Part shown: piece after piece, positions 35,901 through 50,000 of the stretch
How the letters are laid out: each line of letters opens with the position of its first letter
Position numbering within the stretch: the stretch's first letter is position 1
Assembly (NCBI RefSeq): GCF_964355755.1
Contig: NC_092675.1
Coordinates: forward strand, 12,829,812-12,893,811
Direction: 5' to 3'
Length of the DNA: 64,000 nucleotides
Source: Antedon mediterranea
Taxonomy: Eukaryota; Animalia; Echinodermata
Notes under the pieces: generated by a model
What the model was told of the DNA's origin: nothing
The model's input: the letters and a program-made list of their open reading frames with translations, nothing else
The model's database searches: none
Made by a program: the position numbers and the translations under genes

Positions 35901-38900
35901 TTAACATAAAAACACCAAAGTGCTTAGAATAGCTTCAAATCACATTTGGAGACGTTTTAGACCATTTTGTGATTTTCGAAAAAACTTGTTAACATAAAAA
36001 CACGAAAGTGCTTAGAATAGCTTCAAATCGCATTTGGAAACGTTTTAGACCATTTTGTGATTTTCGAAAAAACTTGTTAACATAAAAACACGAAAGTGCT
36101 TAGAATAGCTTTAAATCGCATTTGGAAACGTTTTAGACCATTTTGTGATTTTCGAAAAAAATTGTTAACATAAAAACACCAAAGTGTTTAGAATAGCTTC
36201 AAATCGCATTTGGAGACGTTTTAGACCAATTTGTGATTTTCGAAAAAACTTATCAACATAAAAACACCAAAGGGTTTAGAATAGCTTCAAATCGCATTTG
36301 GAGACGTTTTAGACCATTTTGTGATTTTGAAAAAACTTGTTAACATAAAAACACCAAAGTGCTTAGAATAGCTTCAAATCGCATTTGGAGACGTTTTAGA
36401 CCATTTTGTGATTTTCGAAAAAACTTGTTAACATAAAAACACCAAAGTGCTTAGAATAGCTTCAAATCGTATTTGGAGACGTTTTAGACCATTTTGAGAT
36501 TTTCGAAAAAACTTGGTTACACAAAAACATCAAAGTGCTTAAAATCACATTATAAACCGTTTTAGACCATTTTGAACATTTCGATAACACTTTTCACACA
36601 AAAACATCAAAGAGCACAAAATAGCTTAATATCGTATTTAAAAACGTTTTAGACCATTTTGAGCATTTCGACAAAACTTTTTCACACAAAACACCAAAGT
36701 GCTTAGAATAGCTTCAAATCGCATTTGGAGACGTTTTAGACCAATTTGTGCATTTCGATGAAACTTGATTACACAAAAACATCAAAGTGCTTAAAATCAC
36801 ATTATAAACCGTTTTAGACCATTTTGAGCATTTCGATAACACTTTTCACACAAAAACATCAAAGAGCACAAAATAGCTTAATATCGTATTTAAAAACGTT
36901 TTAGACCATTTTGAGCATTTAGACAAAACTTTTTCACACAAAACACCAAAGTGCTTAGAATAGCTTCAAATCGCATTTGGAGACGTTTTAGACCATTTTG
37001 TGATTTTTGAAAAAACTTGTTAACATAAAAACACCAAAGTGCTTAGAATAGCTTCAAATCACATTTGGAGACGTTTTAGACCATTTTGTGATTTTCGAAA
37101 AAACTTGTTAACATAAAAACACGAAAGTGCTTAGAATAGCTTCAAATCGCATTTGGAAACGTTTTAGACCATTTTGTGATTTTCGAAAAAACTTGTTAAC
37201 ATAAAAACACGAAAGTGCTTAGAATCACATTATAAACCGTTTTAGACCATTTTGAGCATTTCGATAACAATTTTCACACAAAAACATCAAAGAGCACAAA
37301 ATAGCTTAATATCGTATTTAAAAATGTTTTAGACCATTTTGAGCATTTGGATAAAACTTTTTCACACAAAACACCAAAGTGCTTAGAATAGCTTCAAATC
37401 GCATTTGGAGACGTTTTAGACCATTTTGTGATTTTTGAAAAAACTTGTTAACATAAAAACACCAAAGTGCTTAGAATAGCTTCAAATCACATTTGAAGAT
37501 GTTTTAGACCATTTTGTGATTTTTGAAAAAACTTGTTAACATAAAAACACGAAAGTGCTTAGAATAGCTTCAAATCACATTTGGAGACGTTTTAGACCAT
37601 TTTGTGATTTTTGAAAAAACTTGTTAACATAAAAACACGAAAGTGCTTAGAATAGCTTCAAATCGCATTTGGAAACGTTTTAGACCATTTTGTGATTTTC
37701 GAAAAAGATTGTTAACATAAAAACACTAATGTGCTTAGAATCACATTATAAACCGTTTTAGACCATTTTGAGCATTTCGATAACAATTTTCACACAAAAA
37801 CATCAAAGAGCACAAAATAACTTAATATCGTATTTATAAATGTTTTAGACCATTTTGAGCATTTCGACAAAACTTTTTCACACAAAACACCAAAGTGCTT
37901 AGAATAGCTTCAAATCGCATTTGGAGACGTTTTAGACCATTTTGTGATTTCGATGAAACTTGATTACACAAAAACATCAAAGTGCTTAAAATCACATTAT
38001 AAACCATTTTAGACCATTTTGAGCATTTCGATAACACTTTTCACACAAAAACATCAAAGAGCAAAAAATAGCTTAATATCGTATTTAAAAACGTTTTAGA
38101 CCATTTTGAGCATTTAGACAAAACTTTTTCACACAAAACACCAAAGTGCTTAGAATAGCTTCAAATCGCATTTGGAGACGTTTTAGAACATTTTGTGTTT
38201 TTCGAAAAAAACTGGTAACATAAAAACACCAAAGTGCTTAGAATAGCTTCAAATCGCATTTGGAGACGTTTTAGAACATTTTGTGTTCTTCGAAAAAACC
38301 TGTTAACATAAAAACACCAAAGTGCTTAGAATAGCTTCAAATCGCATTTGGAGACGTTTTAGACCATTTTGTGATTTTTGAAAAAACTTGTTAACATAAA
38401 AACACCAAAGTGCTTAGAATAGCTTCAAATCACATTTGGAGACGTTTTAGACCATTTTGTGATTTTCGAAAAAACTTGTTAACATAAAAACACCAAAGTG
38501 CTTAGAATAGCGTCAAATCGTATTTGGAGACGTTTTAGACCATTTTGTGATTTTCGAAAAAACTTGTTAACATAAAAACACCAAAGTGCTTAGAATAGCT
38601 TCAAATCGCATTTGGAGACGGTTTAGACCATTTTATGATTTTGAAAAAACTTGTTAACATAAAAACACCAAAGTGCTTAGAATAGCTTCAAATCGCATTT
38701 GGAGACGTTTTAGACCATTTTGTGATTTTCGAAAAAACTTGTTAACATAAAAACACCAAAGTGCTTAGAATAGCTTCAAATCGTATTTGGAGACGTTTTA
38801 GACCATTTTGAGATTTTCGAAAAAACTTGGTTACACAAAAACATCAAAGTGCTTAAAATCACATTATAAACCGTTTTAGACCATTTTGAGCATTTCGATA

Positions 38901-41900
38901 ACACTTTTCACACAAAAACATCAAAGAGCACAAAATAGCTTAATATCGTATTTAAAAACGTTTTAGACCATTTTGAGCATTTCGACAAAACTTTTTCACA
39001 CAAAACACCAAAGTGCTTAGAATAGCTTCAAATCGCATTTGGAGACGTTTTAAACCAATTTGTGCATTTCGATGAAACTTGATTACACAAAAACATCAAA
39101 GTGCTTAAAATCACATTATAAACCAATTTAGACCATTTTGAGCATTTCGATAACACTTTTCACACAAAAACATCAAAGAGCACAAAATAGCTTAATATCG
39201 TATTTAAAAACGTTTTAGACCATTTTGAGCATTTCGACAAAACTTTTTCACACAAAACACCAAAGTGCTTAGAATAGCTTCAAATCGCATTTGGAGACGT
39301 TTTAGACCAATTTGTGCATTTCGATGAAACTTGATTACACAAAAACATCAAAGTGCTTAAAATCACATTATAAACCGTTTTAGACCATTTTGAGCATTTC
39401 GATAACACTTTTCACACAAAAACATCAAAGAGCACAAAATAGCTTAATATCGTATTTAAAAACGTTTTAGACCATTTTGAGCATTTAGACAAAACTTTTT
39501 CACACAAAACACCAAAGTGCTTAGAATAGCTTCAAATCGCATTTGGAGACGTTTTAGACCATTTTGTGATTTTTGAAAAAACTTGTTAACATAAAAACAC
39601 CAAAGTGCTTAGAATAGCTTCAAATCACATTTGGAGACGTTTTAGACCATTTTGTGATTTTCGAAAAAACTTGTTAACATAAAAACACGAAAGTGCTTAG
39701 AATAGCTTCAAATCGCATTTGGAAACGTTTTAGACCATTTTGTGATTTTCGAAAAAACTTGTTAACATAAAAACACGAAAGTGCTTAGAATCACATTATA
39801 AACCGTTTTAGACCATTTTGAGCATTTCGATAACAATTTTCACACAAAAACATCAAAGAACACAAAATAGCTTAATATCGTATTTAAAAATGTTTTAGAC
39901 CATTTTGAGCATTTAGATAAAACTTTTTCACACAAAACACCAAAGTGCTTAGAATAGCTTCAAATCGCATTTTGAGACGTTTTAGACCATTTTGTGATTT
40001 TCGAAAAAACTTGTTAACATAAAAACACGAAAGTGCTTAGAACAGCTTCAAATCGCATTTGGAAACGTTTTAGACCATTTTGTGATTTTCGAAAAAAATT
40101 GTTAACATAAAAACACCAAAGTGTTTAGAATAGCTTCAAATCGCATTTGGAGACGTTTTAGACCAATTTGTGATTTTCGAAAAAACTTATCAACATAAAA
40201 ACACCAAAGGGTTTAGAATAGCTTCAAATCGCATTTGGAGACGTTTTAGACCATTTTGTGATTTTGAAAAAACTTGTTAACATAAAAACACCAAAGTGCT
40301 TAGAATAGCTTCAAATCGCATTTGGAGACGTTTTAGACCATTTTGTGATTTTCGAAAAAACTTGTTAACATAAAAACACCAAAGTGCTTAGAATAGCTTC
40401 AAATCGTATTTGGAGACGTTTTAGACCATTTTGAGATTTTCGAAAAAACTTGGTTACACAAAAACATCAAAGTGCTTAAAATCACATTATAAACCGTTTT
40501 AGACCATTTTGAGCATTTCGGTAACACTTTTCACACAAAAACATCAAAGAGCACAAAATAGCTTAATATCGTATTTAAAAACGTTTTAGACCATTTTGAG
40601 CATTTAGACAAACTTTTTCACACAAAACACCAAAGTGCTTAGAATAGCTTCAAATCGCATTTGGAGACGTTTTAGACCATTTTGTGCATTTCGATGAAAC
40701 TTGGTTACACAAAAACATCAAAGTGCTTAAAATCACATTATAAATCGTTTTAGACCATTTTGAGCATTTCGACAAAACTTTTTCACACAAAATACCAAAG
40801 TGCTTAGAATAGCTTCAAATCGCATTTGGAGACGTTTTAGACCATTTTGTGATTTTCGAAAAAACTTTTTAACATAAAAACACCAAAGTGCTTAGAATAG
40901 CTTCAAATCACATTTGGAGACGTTTTAGACCATAAGTGCTTAGAATCACATCATAAACCGTTTTAGACCATTTTGAGCATTTCGATAACAATTTTCACAC
41001 AAAAACATCAAAGAGCACAAAATAGCTTAATATCGTATTTAAAAATGTTTTAGACCATTTTGAGCATTTAGATAAAACTTTTTCACACAAAACACCAAAG
41101 TGCTTAGAATAGCTTCAAATCGCATTTGGAGACGTTTTAGACCATTTTGTGATTTTTGAAAAAACTTGTTAACATAAAAACACCAAAGTGCTTAGAATAG
41201 CTTCAAATCGCATTTGGAAACGTTTTAGACCATTTTGTGATTTTCGAAAAAACTTGTTAACATAAAAACATGAAAGTGCTTAGAATAGCTTCAAATCGTA
41301 TTTGGAGACGTTTTAGACCATTTTGTGATTTTCGAAAAAACTTGTTAACATAAAAACACCAATGTGCTTAGAATAGCTTCAAATCGCATTTTGAGACGTT
41401 TTAGACCATTTTGTGCATTTCGATGAAACTTGGTTACACAAAAACATCAAAGTGCTTAAAATCACATTATAAACCATTTTAGACCATTTTGAGCATTTCG
41501 ATAACACTTTTCACACAAAAACATCAAAGAGCACAAAATAGCTTAATATCGTATTTAAAAACGTTTTAGACCATTTTGAGCATTTCGACAAAACTTTTTC
41601 ACACAAAACACCAAAGTGCTTAGAATAGCTTCAAATCGCATTTGGAGACGTTTTAGACCATTTTGTGATTTTCGAAAAAACTTGTTAACATAAAAACATC
41701 AAAGCGTACAGAATAACTTCAAATCGCATTTGGAGACCGTTTTAGGCCAATTTGTGATTTTCGAAAAAACTTGTTAACCTAAAAATACCAAAGTGTTTAG
41801 AATAGCTTCAAATCGCATTTGGAGACGTTTTAGACCATTTTGTGATTTTCGAAAAAACTTGTTAACATAAAAACACCAAAGTGCTTCAAATCGCATTTGG

Positions 41901-42777
41901 AGACATTTTAGACCAATTTGTGATTTTTGAAAAAACTTGTTAACATAAAAACACCAAAGTGCTTACAATAGCTTCAAATCGTATTTGGAGACGTTTTAGA
42001 CCATTTTGTGATTTTCGAAAAAACTTGTTAACATAAAAACACCAAAGTACTTAGAATAGCTTCAAATCGCATTTGGAGACGTTTTAGACCATTTTATGCA
42101 TTTCGATGAAACTTGGTTACACAAAAACATCAATGTGCTTAAAATCACAGTATAATCCGTTTTAGACCATTTTGAGCATTTCGATAACACTTTTCACACA
42201 AAAACATCAAAGAGCACAAAATAGCTTAATATCGTATTTAAAAACGTTTTAGACCATTTTGAGCATTTAGACAAAACTTTTTCACACAAAACACCAAAGT
42301 GTTTAGAATAGCTTCAAATCGCATTTGGAGACGTTTTAGACCATTTTGTGATTTTCGAAAAAACTTGTTAACATAAAAACACCAAAGTGCTTCAAATCGC
42401 ATTTGAGACATTTTAGACCAATTTGTGATTTTTGAAAAAACTTGTTAACATAAAAACACCAAAGTGCTTACAATAGCTTCAAATCGTATTTGGAGACGTT
42501 TTAGACCATTTTGTGATTTTCGAAAAAACTTGATAACATAAAAACACCAAAGTACTTAGAATAGCTTCAAATCGCATTTGGAGACGTTTTAGACCATTTT
42601 ATGCATTTCGATGAAACTTGGTTACACAAAAACATCAAAGTGCTTAAAATCACATTATAATCCGTTTTAGACCATTTTGAGCATTTCGATAACACTTTTC
42701 ACACAAAAACATCAAAGAGCACAAAATAGCTTAATATCGTATTTAAAAACTTTTTAGACCATTTTGAGCATTTCGAC

Positions 42778-44739
42778 AAAACTTTTTCACACAAAACACC
42801 AAAGTGCTTAGAATAGCTTCAAATCGCATTTGGAGACGTTTTAGACCATTTTGTGATTTTCGAAAAAAATTGTTAACATAAAAACATCAAAGTGTACAGA
42901 ATAGCTTCAAATCGCATTTGGAGACCGTTTTAGGCCAATTTGTGATTTTCGAAAAAACTTGTTAACCTAAAAATACCAAAGTGTTTAGAATAGCTTCAAA
43001 TCGCATTTGGAGACGTTTTAGACCATTTTGTGATTTTCGAAAAAACTTGTTAACATAAAAACACCAAAGTGCTTAGAATAGCTTCAAATCACATTTGGAG
43101 ACGTTTTAGACCATAAGTGCTTAGAATCACATTATAAACCGTTTTAGACCATTTTGAGCATTTCGATAACAATTTTCACACAAAAACATCAAAGAGCACA
43201 AAATAGCTTAATATCGTATTTAAAAATGTTTTAGACCATTTTGAGCATTTAGATAAAACTTTTTCACACAAAACACCAAAGTGCTTAGAATAGCTTCAAA
43301 TCGCATTTGGAGACGTTTTAGACCATTTTGTGATTTTTGAAAAAACTTGTTAACATAAAAACACCAAAGTGCTTAGAATAGCTTCAAATCACATTTGGAG
43401 AGGTTTTAGACCATTTTGTGATTTTCGAAAAAACTTGTTAACATAAAAACACGAAAGTGCTTAGAATAGCTTCAAATCGCATTTGGAAACGTTTTAGACC
43501 ATTTTGTGATTTTCGAAAAAACTTGTTAACATAAAAACATGAAAGTGCTTAGAATAGCTTCAAATCGTATTTGGAGACGTTTTAGACCATTTTGTGATTT
43601 TCGAAAAAACTTGTTAACATAAAAACACCAATGTGCTTAGAAAAGCTTCAAATCGCATTTTGAGACGTTTTAGACCATTTTGTGCATTTCGATGAAACTT
43701 GGTTACACAAAAACATCAAAGTGCTTAAAATCACATTATAAACCATTTTAGACCATTTTGAGCATTTCGATAACACTTTTCACACAAAAACATCAAAGAG
43801 CACAAAATAGCTTAATATCGTATTTAAAAACGTTTTAGACCATTTTGAGCATTTCGACAAAACTTTTTCACACAAAACACCAAAGTGCTTAGAATAGCTT
43901 CAAATCGCATTTGGAGACGTTTTAGACCATTTTGTGATTTTCGAAAAAACTTGTTAACATAAAAACATCAAAGTGTACAGAATAACTTCAAATCGCATTT
44001 GGAGACCGTTTTAGGCCAATTTGTGATTTTCGAAAAAACTTGTTAACCTAAAAATACCAAAGTGTTTAGAATAGCTTCAAATCGCATTTGGAGACGTTTT
44101 AGACCATTTTGTGATTTTCGAAAAAACTTGTTAACATAAAAACACCAAAGTGCTTCAAATCGCATTTGGAGACATTTTAGACCAATTTGTGATTTTTGAA
44201 AAAACTTGTTAACATAAAAACACCAAAGTGCATACAATAGCTTCAAATCGTATTTGGAGACGTTTTAGACCATTTTGTGATTTTCGAAAAAACTTGTTAA
44301 CATAAAAACACCAAAGTACTTAGAATAGCTTCAAATCGAATTTGGAGACGTTTTAGACCATTTTATGCATTTCGATGAAACTTGGTTACACAAAAACATC
44401 AATGTGCTTAAAATCACATTATAATCCGTTTTAGACCATTTTGAGCATTTCGATAACACTTTTCACACAAAAACATCAAAGAGCACAAAATAGCTTAATA
44501 TCGTATTTAAAAACGTTTTAGACCATTTTGAGCATTTAGACAAAACTTTTTCACACAAAACACCAAAGTGTTTAGAATAGCTTCAAATCGCATTTGGAGA
44601 CGTTTTAGACCATTTTGTGATTTTCGAAAAAACTTGTTAACATAAAAACACCAAAGTGCTTCAAATCGCATTTGAGACATTTTAGACCAATTTGTGATTT
44701 TTGAAAAAACTTGTTAACATAAAAACACCAAAGTGCTTA
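42778..44739 (+). repeat. Dispersed ~1.96-kb copy of 4856-6817 (offset 37922)
   Basis: Shared rare markers ggagaggttt, agaaaagctt, gtgcatacaa and tcgaattt; identical ORF translations at 6121 and 44043. Confidence 0.9.
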
Positions 44740-47094
44740 GAATAGCTTCAAATCACATTTGGAGACGTTTTAGACCATAAGTGCTTAGAATCACATTATA
44801 AACCGTTTTAGACCATTTTGAGCATTTCGATAACAATTTTCACACAAAAACATCAAAGAGCACAAAATAGCCTAATATCGTATTTAAAAATGTTTTAGAC
44901 CATTTTGAGCATTTAGATAAAACTTTTTCACACAAAACACCAAAGTGCTTAGAATAGCTTCAAATCGCATTTGGAGACGTTTTAGACCATTTTGTGATTT
45001 TTGAAAAAACTTGTTAACATAAAAACACCAAAGTGCTTAGAATAGCTTCAAATCACATTTGGAGACGTTTTAGACCATTTTGTGATTTTCGAAAAAACTT
45101 GTTAACATAAAAACACGAAAGTGCTTAGAATAGCTTCAAATCGCATTTGGAAACGTTTTAGACCATTTAGTGATTTTCGAAAAAACTTGTTAACATAAAA
45201 ACACGAAAGTGCTTAGAATAGCTTCAAATCGCATTTGGAAACGTTTTAGACCATTTTGTGATTTTCGAAAAAAATTGTTAACATAAAAACACCAAAGTGT
45301 TTAGAATAGCTTCAAATCGCATTTGGAGACGTTTTAGACCAATTTGTGATTTTCGAAAAAACTTATCAACATAAAAACACCAAAGGGTTTAGAATAGCTT
45401 CAAATCGCATTTGGAGACGTTTTAGACCATTTTGTGATTTTCGAAAAAACTTGTTAACATAAAAACACGAAAGTGCTTAGAATAGCTTCAAATCGCATTT
45501 GGAAACGTTTTAGACCATTTTGTGATTTTCGAAAAAACTTGTTAACATAAAAACATGAAAGTGCTTAGAATAGCTTCAAATCGTATTTGGAGACGTTTTA
45601 GACCATTTTGTGATTTTCGAAAAAACTTGTTAACATAAAATCACCAATGTGCTTAGAATAGCTTCAAATCGCATTTTGAGACGTTTTAGACCATTTTGTG
45701 CATTTCGATGAAACTTGGTTACACAAAAACATCAAAGTGCTTAAAATCACATTATAAACCATTTTAGACCATTTTGAGCATTTCGATAACACTTTTCACA
45801 CAAAAACATCAAAGAGCACAAAATAGCTTAATATCGTATTTAAAAACGTTTTAGACCATTTTGAGCATTTCGACAAAACTTTTTCACACAAAACACCAAA
45901 GTGCTTAGAATAGCTTCAAATCGCATTTGGAGACGTTTTAGACCATTTTGTGATTTTCGAAAAAACTTGTTAACATAAAAACATCAAAGTGTACAGAATA
46001 ACTTCAAATCGCATTTGGAGACCGTTTTAGGCCAATTTGTGATTTTCGAAAAAACTTGTTAACCTAAAAATATCAAAGTGTTTAGAATAGCTTCAAATCG
46101 CATTTGGAGACGTTTTAGACCATTTTGTGATTTTCGAAAAAACTTGTTAACATAAAAACACCAAAGTGCTTCAAATCGCATTTGGAGACATTTTAGACCA
46201 ATTTGTGATTTTTGAAAAAACTTGTTAACATAAAAACACCAAAGTGCTTACAATAGCTTCAAATCGTATTTGGAGACGTTTTAGACCATTTTGTGATTTT
46301 CGAAAAAACTTGTTAACATAAAAACACCAAAGTACTTAGAATAGCTTCAAATCGCATTTGGAGACGTTTTAGACCATTTTATGCATTTCGATGAAACTTG
46401 GTTACACAAAAACATCAATGTGCTTAAAATCACATTATAATCCGTTTTAGACCATTTTGAGCATTTCGATAACACTTTTCACACAAAAACATCAAAGAGC
46501 ACAAAATAGCTTAATATCGTATTTAAAAACGTTTTAGACCATTTTGAGCATTTAGACAAAACTTTTTCACACAAAACACCAAAGTGTTTAGAATAGCTTC
46601 AAATCGCATTTGGAGACGTTTTAGACCATTTTGTGATTTTTGAAAAAACTTGTTAACATAAAAACACCAAAGTGCTTCAAATCGCATTTGAGACATTTTA
46701 GACCAATTTGTGATTTTTGAAAAAACTTGTTAACATAAAAACACCAAAGTGCTTACAATAGCTTCAAATCGTATTTGGAGACGTTTTAGACCATTTTGTG
46801 ATTTTCGAAAAAACTTGTTAACATAAAAACACCAAAGTACTTAGAATAGCTTCAAATCGCATTTGGAGACGTTTTAGACCATTTTATGCATTTCGATGAA
46901 ACTTGGTTACACAAAAACATCAAAGTGCTTAAAATCACATTATAATCCGTTTTAGACCATTTTGAGCATTTCGATAACACTTTTCACACAAAAACATCAA
47001 AGAGCACAAAATAGCTTAATATCGTATTTAAAAACTTTTTAGACCATTTTGAGCATTTCGACAAAACTTTTTCACACAAATCACCAAAGTGCTT

Positions 47095-50000
47095 AGAATA
47101 GCTTCAAATCGCATTTGGAGACGTTTTAGACCATTTTGTGATTTTCGAAAAAAATTGTTAACATAAAAACATCAAAGTGTACAGAATAGCTTCAAATCGC
47201 ATTTGGAGACCGTTTTAGGCCAATTTGTGATTTTCGAAAAAACTTGTTAACCTAAAAATACCAAAGTGTTTAGAATAGCTTCAAATCGCATTTGGAGACG
47301 TTTTAGACCATTTTGTGATTTTCGAAAAAACTTGTTAACATAAAAACACCAAAGTGCTTAGAATAGCTTCAAATCGCATTTGGAGACATTTTAGACCAAT
47401 TTGTGATTTTCTAAAAAACTTATCAACATAAAAACACCAAAGGGTTTAGAATATCTTCAAATCGCATTTGGAGACGTTTTAGACCATTTTGTGATTTTCG
47501 AAAAAACTTGTTAACATAAAAACACCAAAGTGCTTAGAATAGCTTCAAATCGCATTTGGAGACGTTTTAGACCAATTTGTGATTTTCGAAAAAACTTATC
47601 AACATAAAAACACCAAAGGGTTTAGAATAGCTTCATTTGGAGACGTTTTAGACCATTTTGTGATTTTGAAAAAACTTGTTAACATAAAAACACCAAAGTG
47701 CTTAGAATAGCTTCAAATCGCATTTGGAGACGTTTTAGACCATTTTGTGATTTTCGAAAAAACTTGTTAACATAAAAACACCAAAGTGCTTAGAATAGCT
47801 TCAAATCGTATTTGGAGACGTTTTAGACCATTTTGAGATTTTCGAAAAAACTTGGTTACACAAAAACATCAAAGTGCTTAAAATCACATTATAAACCGTT
47901 TTAGACCATTTTGAGCATTTCGATAACACTTTTCACACAAAAACATCAAAGAGCACAAAATAGCTTAATATCGTATTTAAAAACGTTTTAGACCATTTTG
48001 AGCATTTAGACAAAACTTTTTCACACAAAACACCAAAGTGCTTAGAATAGCTTCAAATCGCATTTGGAGACGTTTTAGAACATTTTGTGTTTTTCGAAAA
48101 AAACTGTTAACATAAAAACACCAAAGTGCTTAGAATAGCTTCAAATCGCATTTGGAGACGTTTTAGAACATTTTGTGTTCTTCGAAAAAACCTGTTAACA
48201 TAAAAACACCAAAGTGCTTAGAATAGCTTCAAATCGCATTTGGAGACGTTTTAGACCATTTTGTGATTTTTGAAAAAACTTGTTAACATGAAAACACCAA
48301 AGTGCTTAGAATAGCTTCAAATCACATTTGGAGACGTTTTAGACCATTTTGTGATTTTCGAAAAAACTTGTTAACATAAAAACACGAAAGTGGTTAGAAT
48401 AGCTTCAAATCGCATTTGGAAACGTTTTAGACCATTTTGTGATTTTCGAAAAAGATTGTTAACATAAAAACACCAAAGTGCTTAGAATCACAATATAAAC
48501 CGTTTTAGACCATTTTGAGCATTTCGATAACAATTTTCACACAAAAACATCAAAGAGCACAAAATAGCTTAATATCGTATTTAAAAATGTTTTAGACCAT
48601 TTTGAGCATTTAGATAAAACTTTTTCACACAAAACACCAAAGTGCTTAGAATAGCTTCAAATCGCATTTGGAGACGGTTTAGACCATTTTGTGATTTTGA
48701 AAAAACTTGTTAACATAAAAACACCAAAGTGCTTAGAATAGCTTCAAATCGCATTTGGAGACGTTTTAGACCATTTTGTGATTTTCGAAAGAACTTGTTA
48801 ACATAAAAACACCAAAGTGCTTAGAATAGCTTCAAATCGTATTTGGAGACGTTTTAGACCATTTTGAGATTTTCGAAAAAACTTGGTTACACAAAAACAT
48901 CAAAGTGCTTAAAATCACATTATAGACCGTTTTAGACCATTTTGAACATTTCGATAACACTTTTCACACAAAAACATCAAAGAGCACAAAATAGCTTAAT
49001 ATCGTATTTAAAAACGTTTTAGACCATTTTGAGCATTTCGACAAAACTTTTTCACACAAAACACCAAAGTGCTTAGAATAGCTTCAAATCGCATTTGGAG
49101 ACGTTTTAGACCATTTTGTGATTTTCGAAAAAAATTGTTAACATAAAAACATCAAAGTGTACAGAATAGCTTCAAATCGCATTTGGAGACCGTTTTAGGC
49201 CAATTTGTGATTTTCGAAAAAACTTGTTAACCTAAAAATACCAAAGTGTTTAGAATAGCTTCAAATCGCATTTGGAGACGTTTTAGACCATTTTGTGATT
49301 TTCGAAAAAACTTGTTAACATAAAAACACCAAAGTGCTTAGAATAGCTTCAAATCGCATTTGGAGACATTTTAGACCAATTTGTGATTTTCTAAAAAACT
49401 TATCAACATAAAAACACCAAAGGGTTTAGAATATCTTCAAATCGCATTTGGAGACGTTTTAGACCATTTTGTGATTTTCGAAAAAACTTGTTAACATAAA
49501 AACACCAAAGTGCTTAGAATAGCTTCAAATCGCATTTGGAGACGTTTTAGACCAATTTGTGATTTTCGAAAAAACTTATCAACATAAAAACACCAAAGGG
49601 TTTAGAATAGCTTCATTTGGAGACGTTTTAGACCATTTTGTGATTTTGAAAAAACTTGTTAACATAAAAACACCAAAGTGCTTAGAATAGCTTCAAATCG
49701 CATTTGGAGACGTTTTAGACCATTTTGTGATTTTCGAAAAAACTTGTTAACATAAAAACACCAAAGTGCTTAGAATAGCTTCAAATCGTATTTGGAGACG
49801 TTTTAGACCATTTTGAGATTTTCGAAAAAACTTGGTTACACAAAAACATCAAAGTGCTTAAAATCACATTATAAACCGTTTTAGACCATTTTGAGCATTT
49901 CGATAACACTTTTCACACAAAAACATCAAAGAGCACAAAATAGCTTAATATCGTATTTAAAAACGTTTTAGACCATTTTGAGCATTTAGACAAAACTTTT

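Noticed and set aside
6121-44246. Seven minus-strand ORFs of 60-68 aa
   Set aside because: They are translations of the satellite, opened where deletions remove stop codons. The track translates several from non-ATG starts, they are duplicated with the repeat blocks, and no protein family is recognisable.
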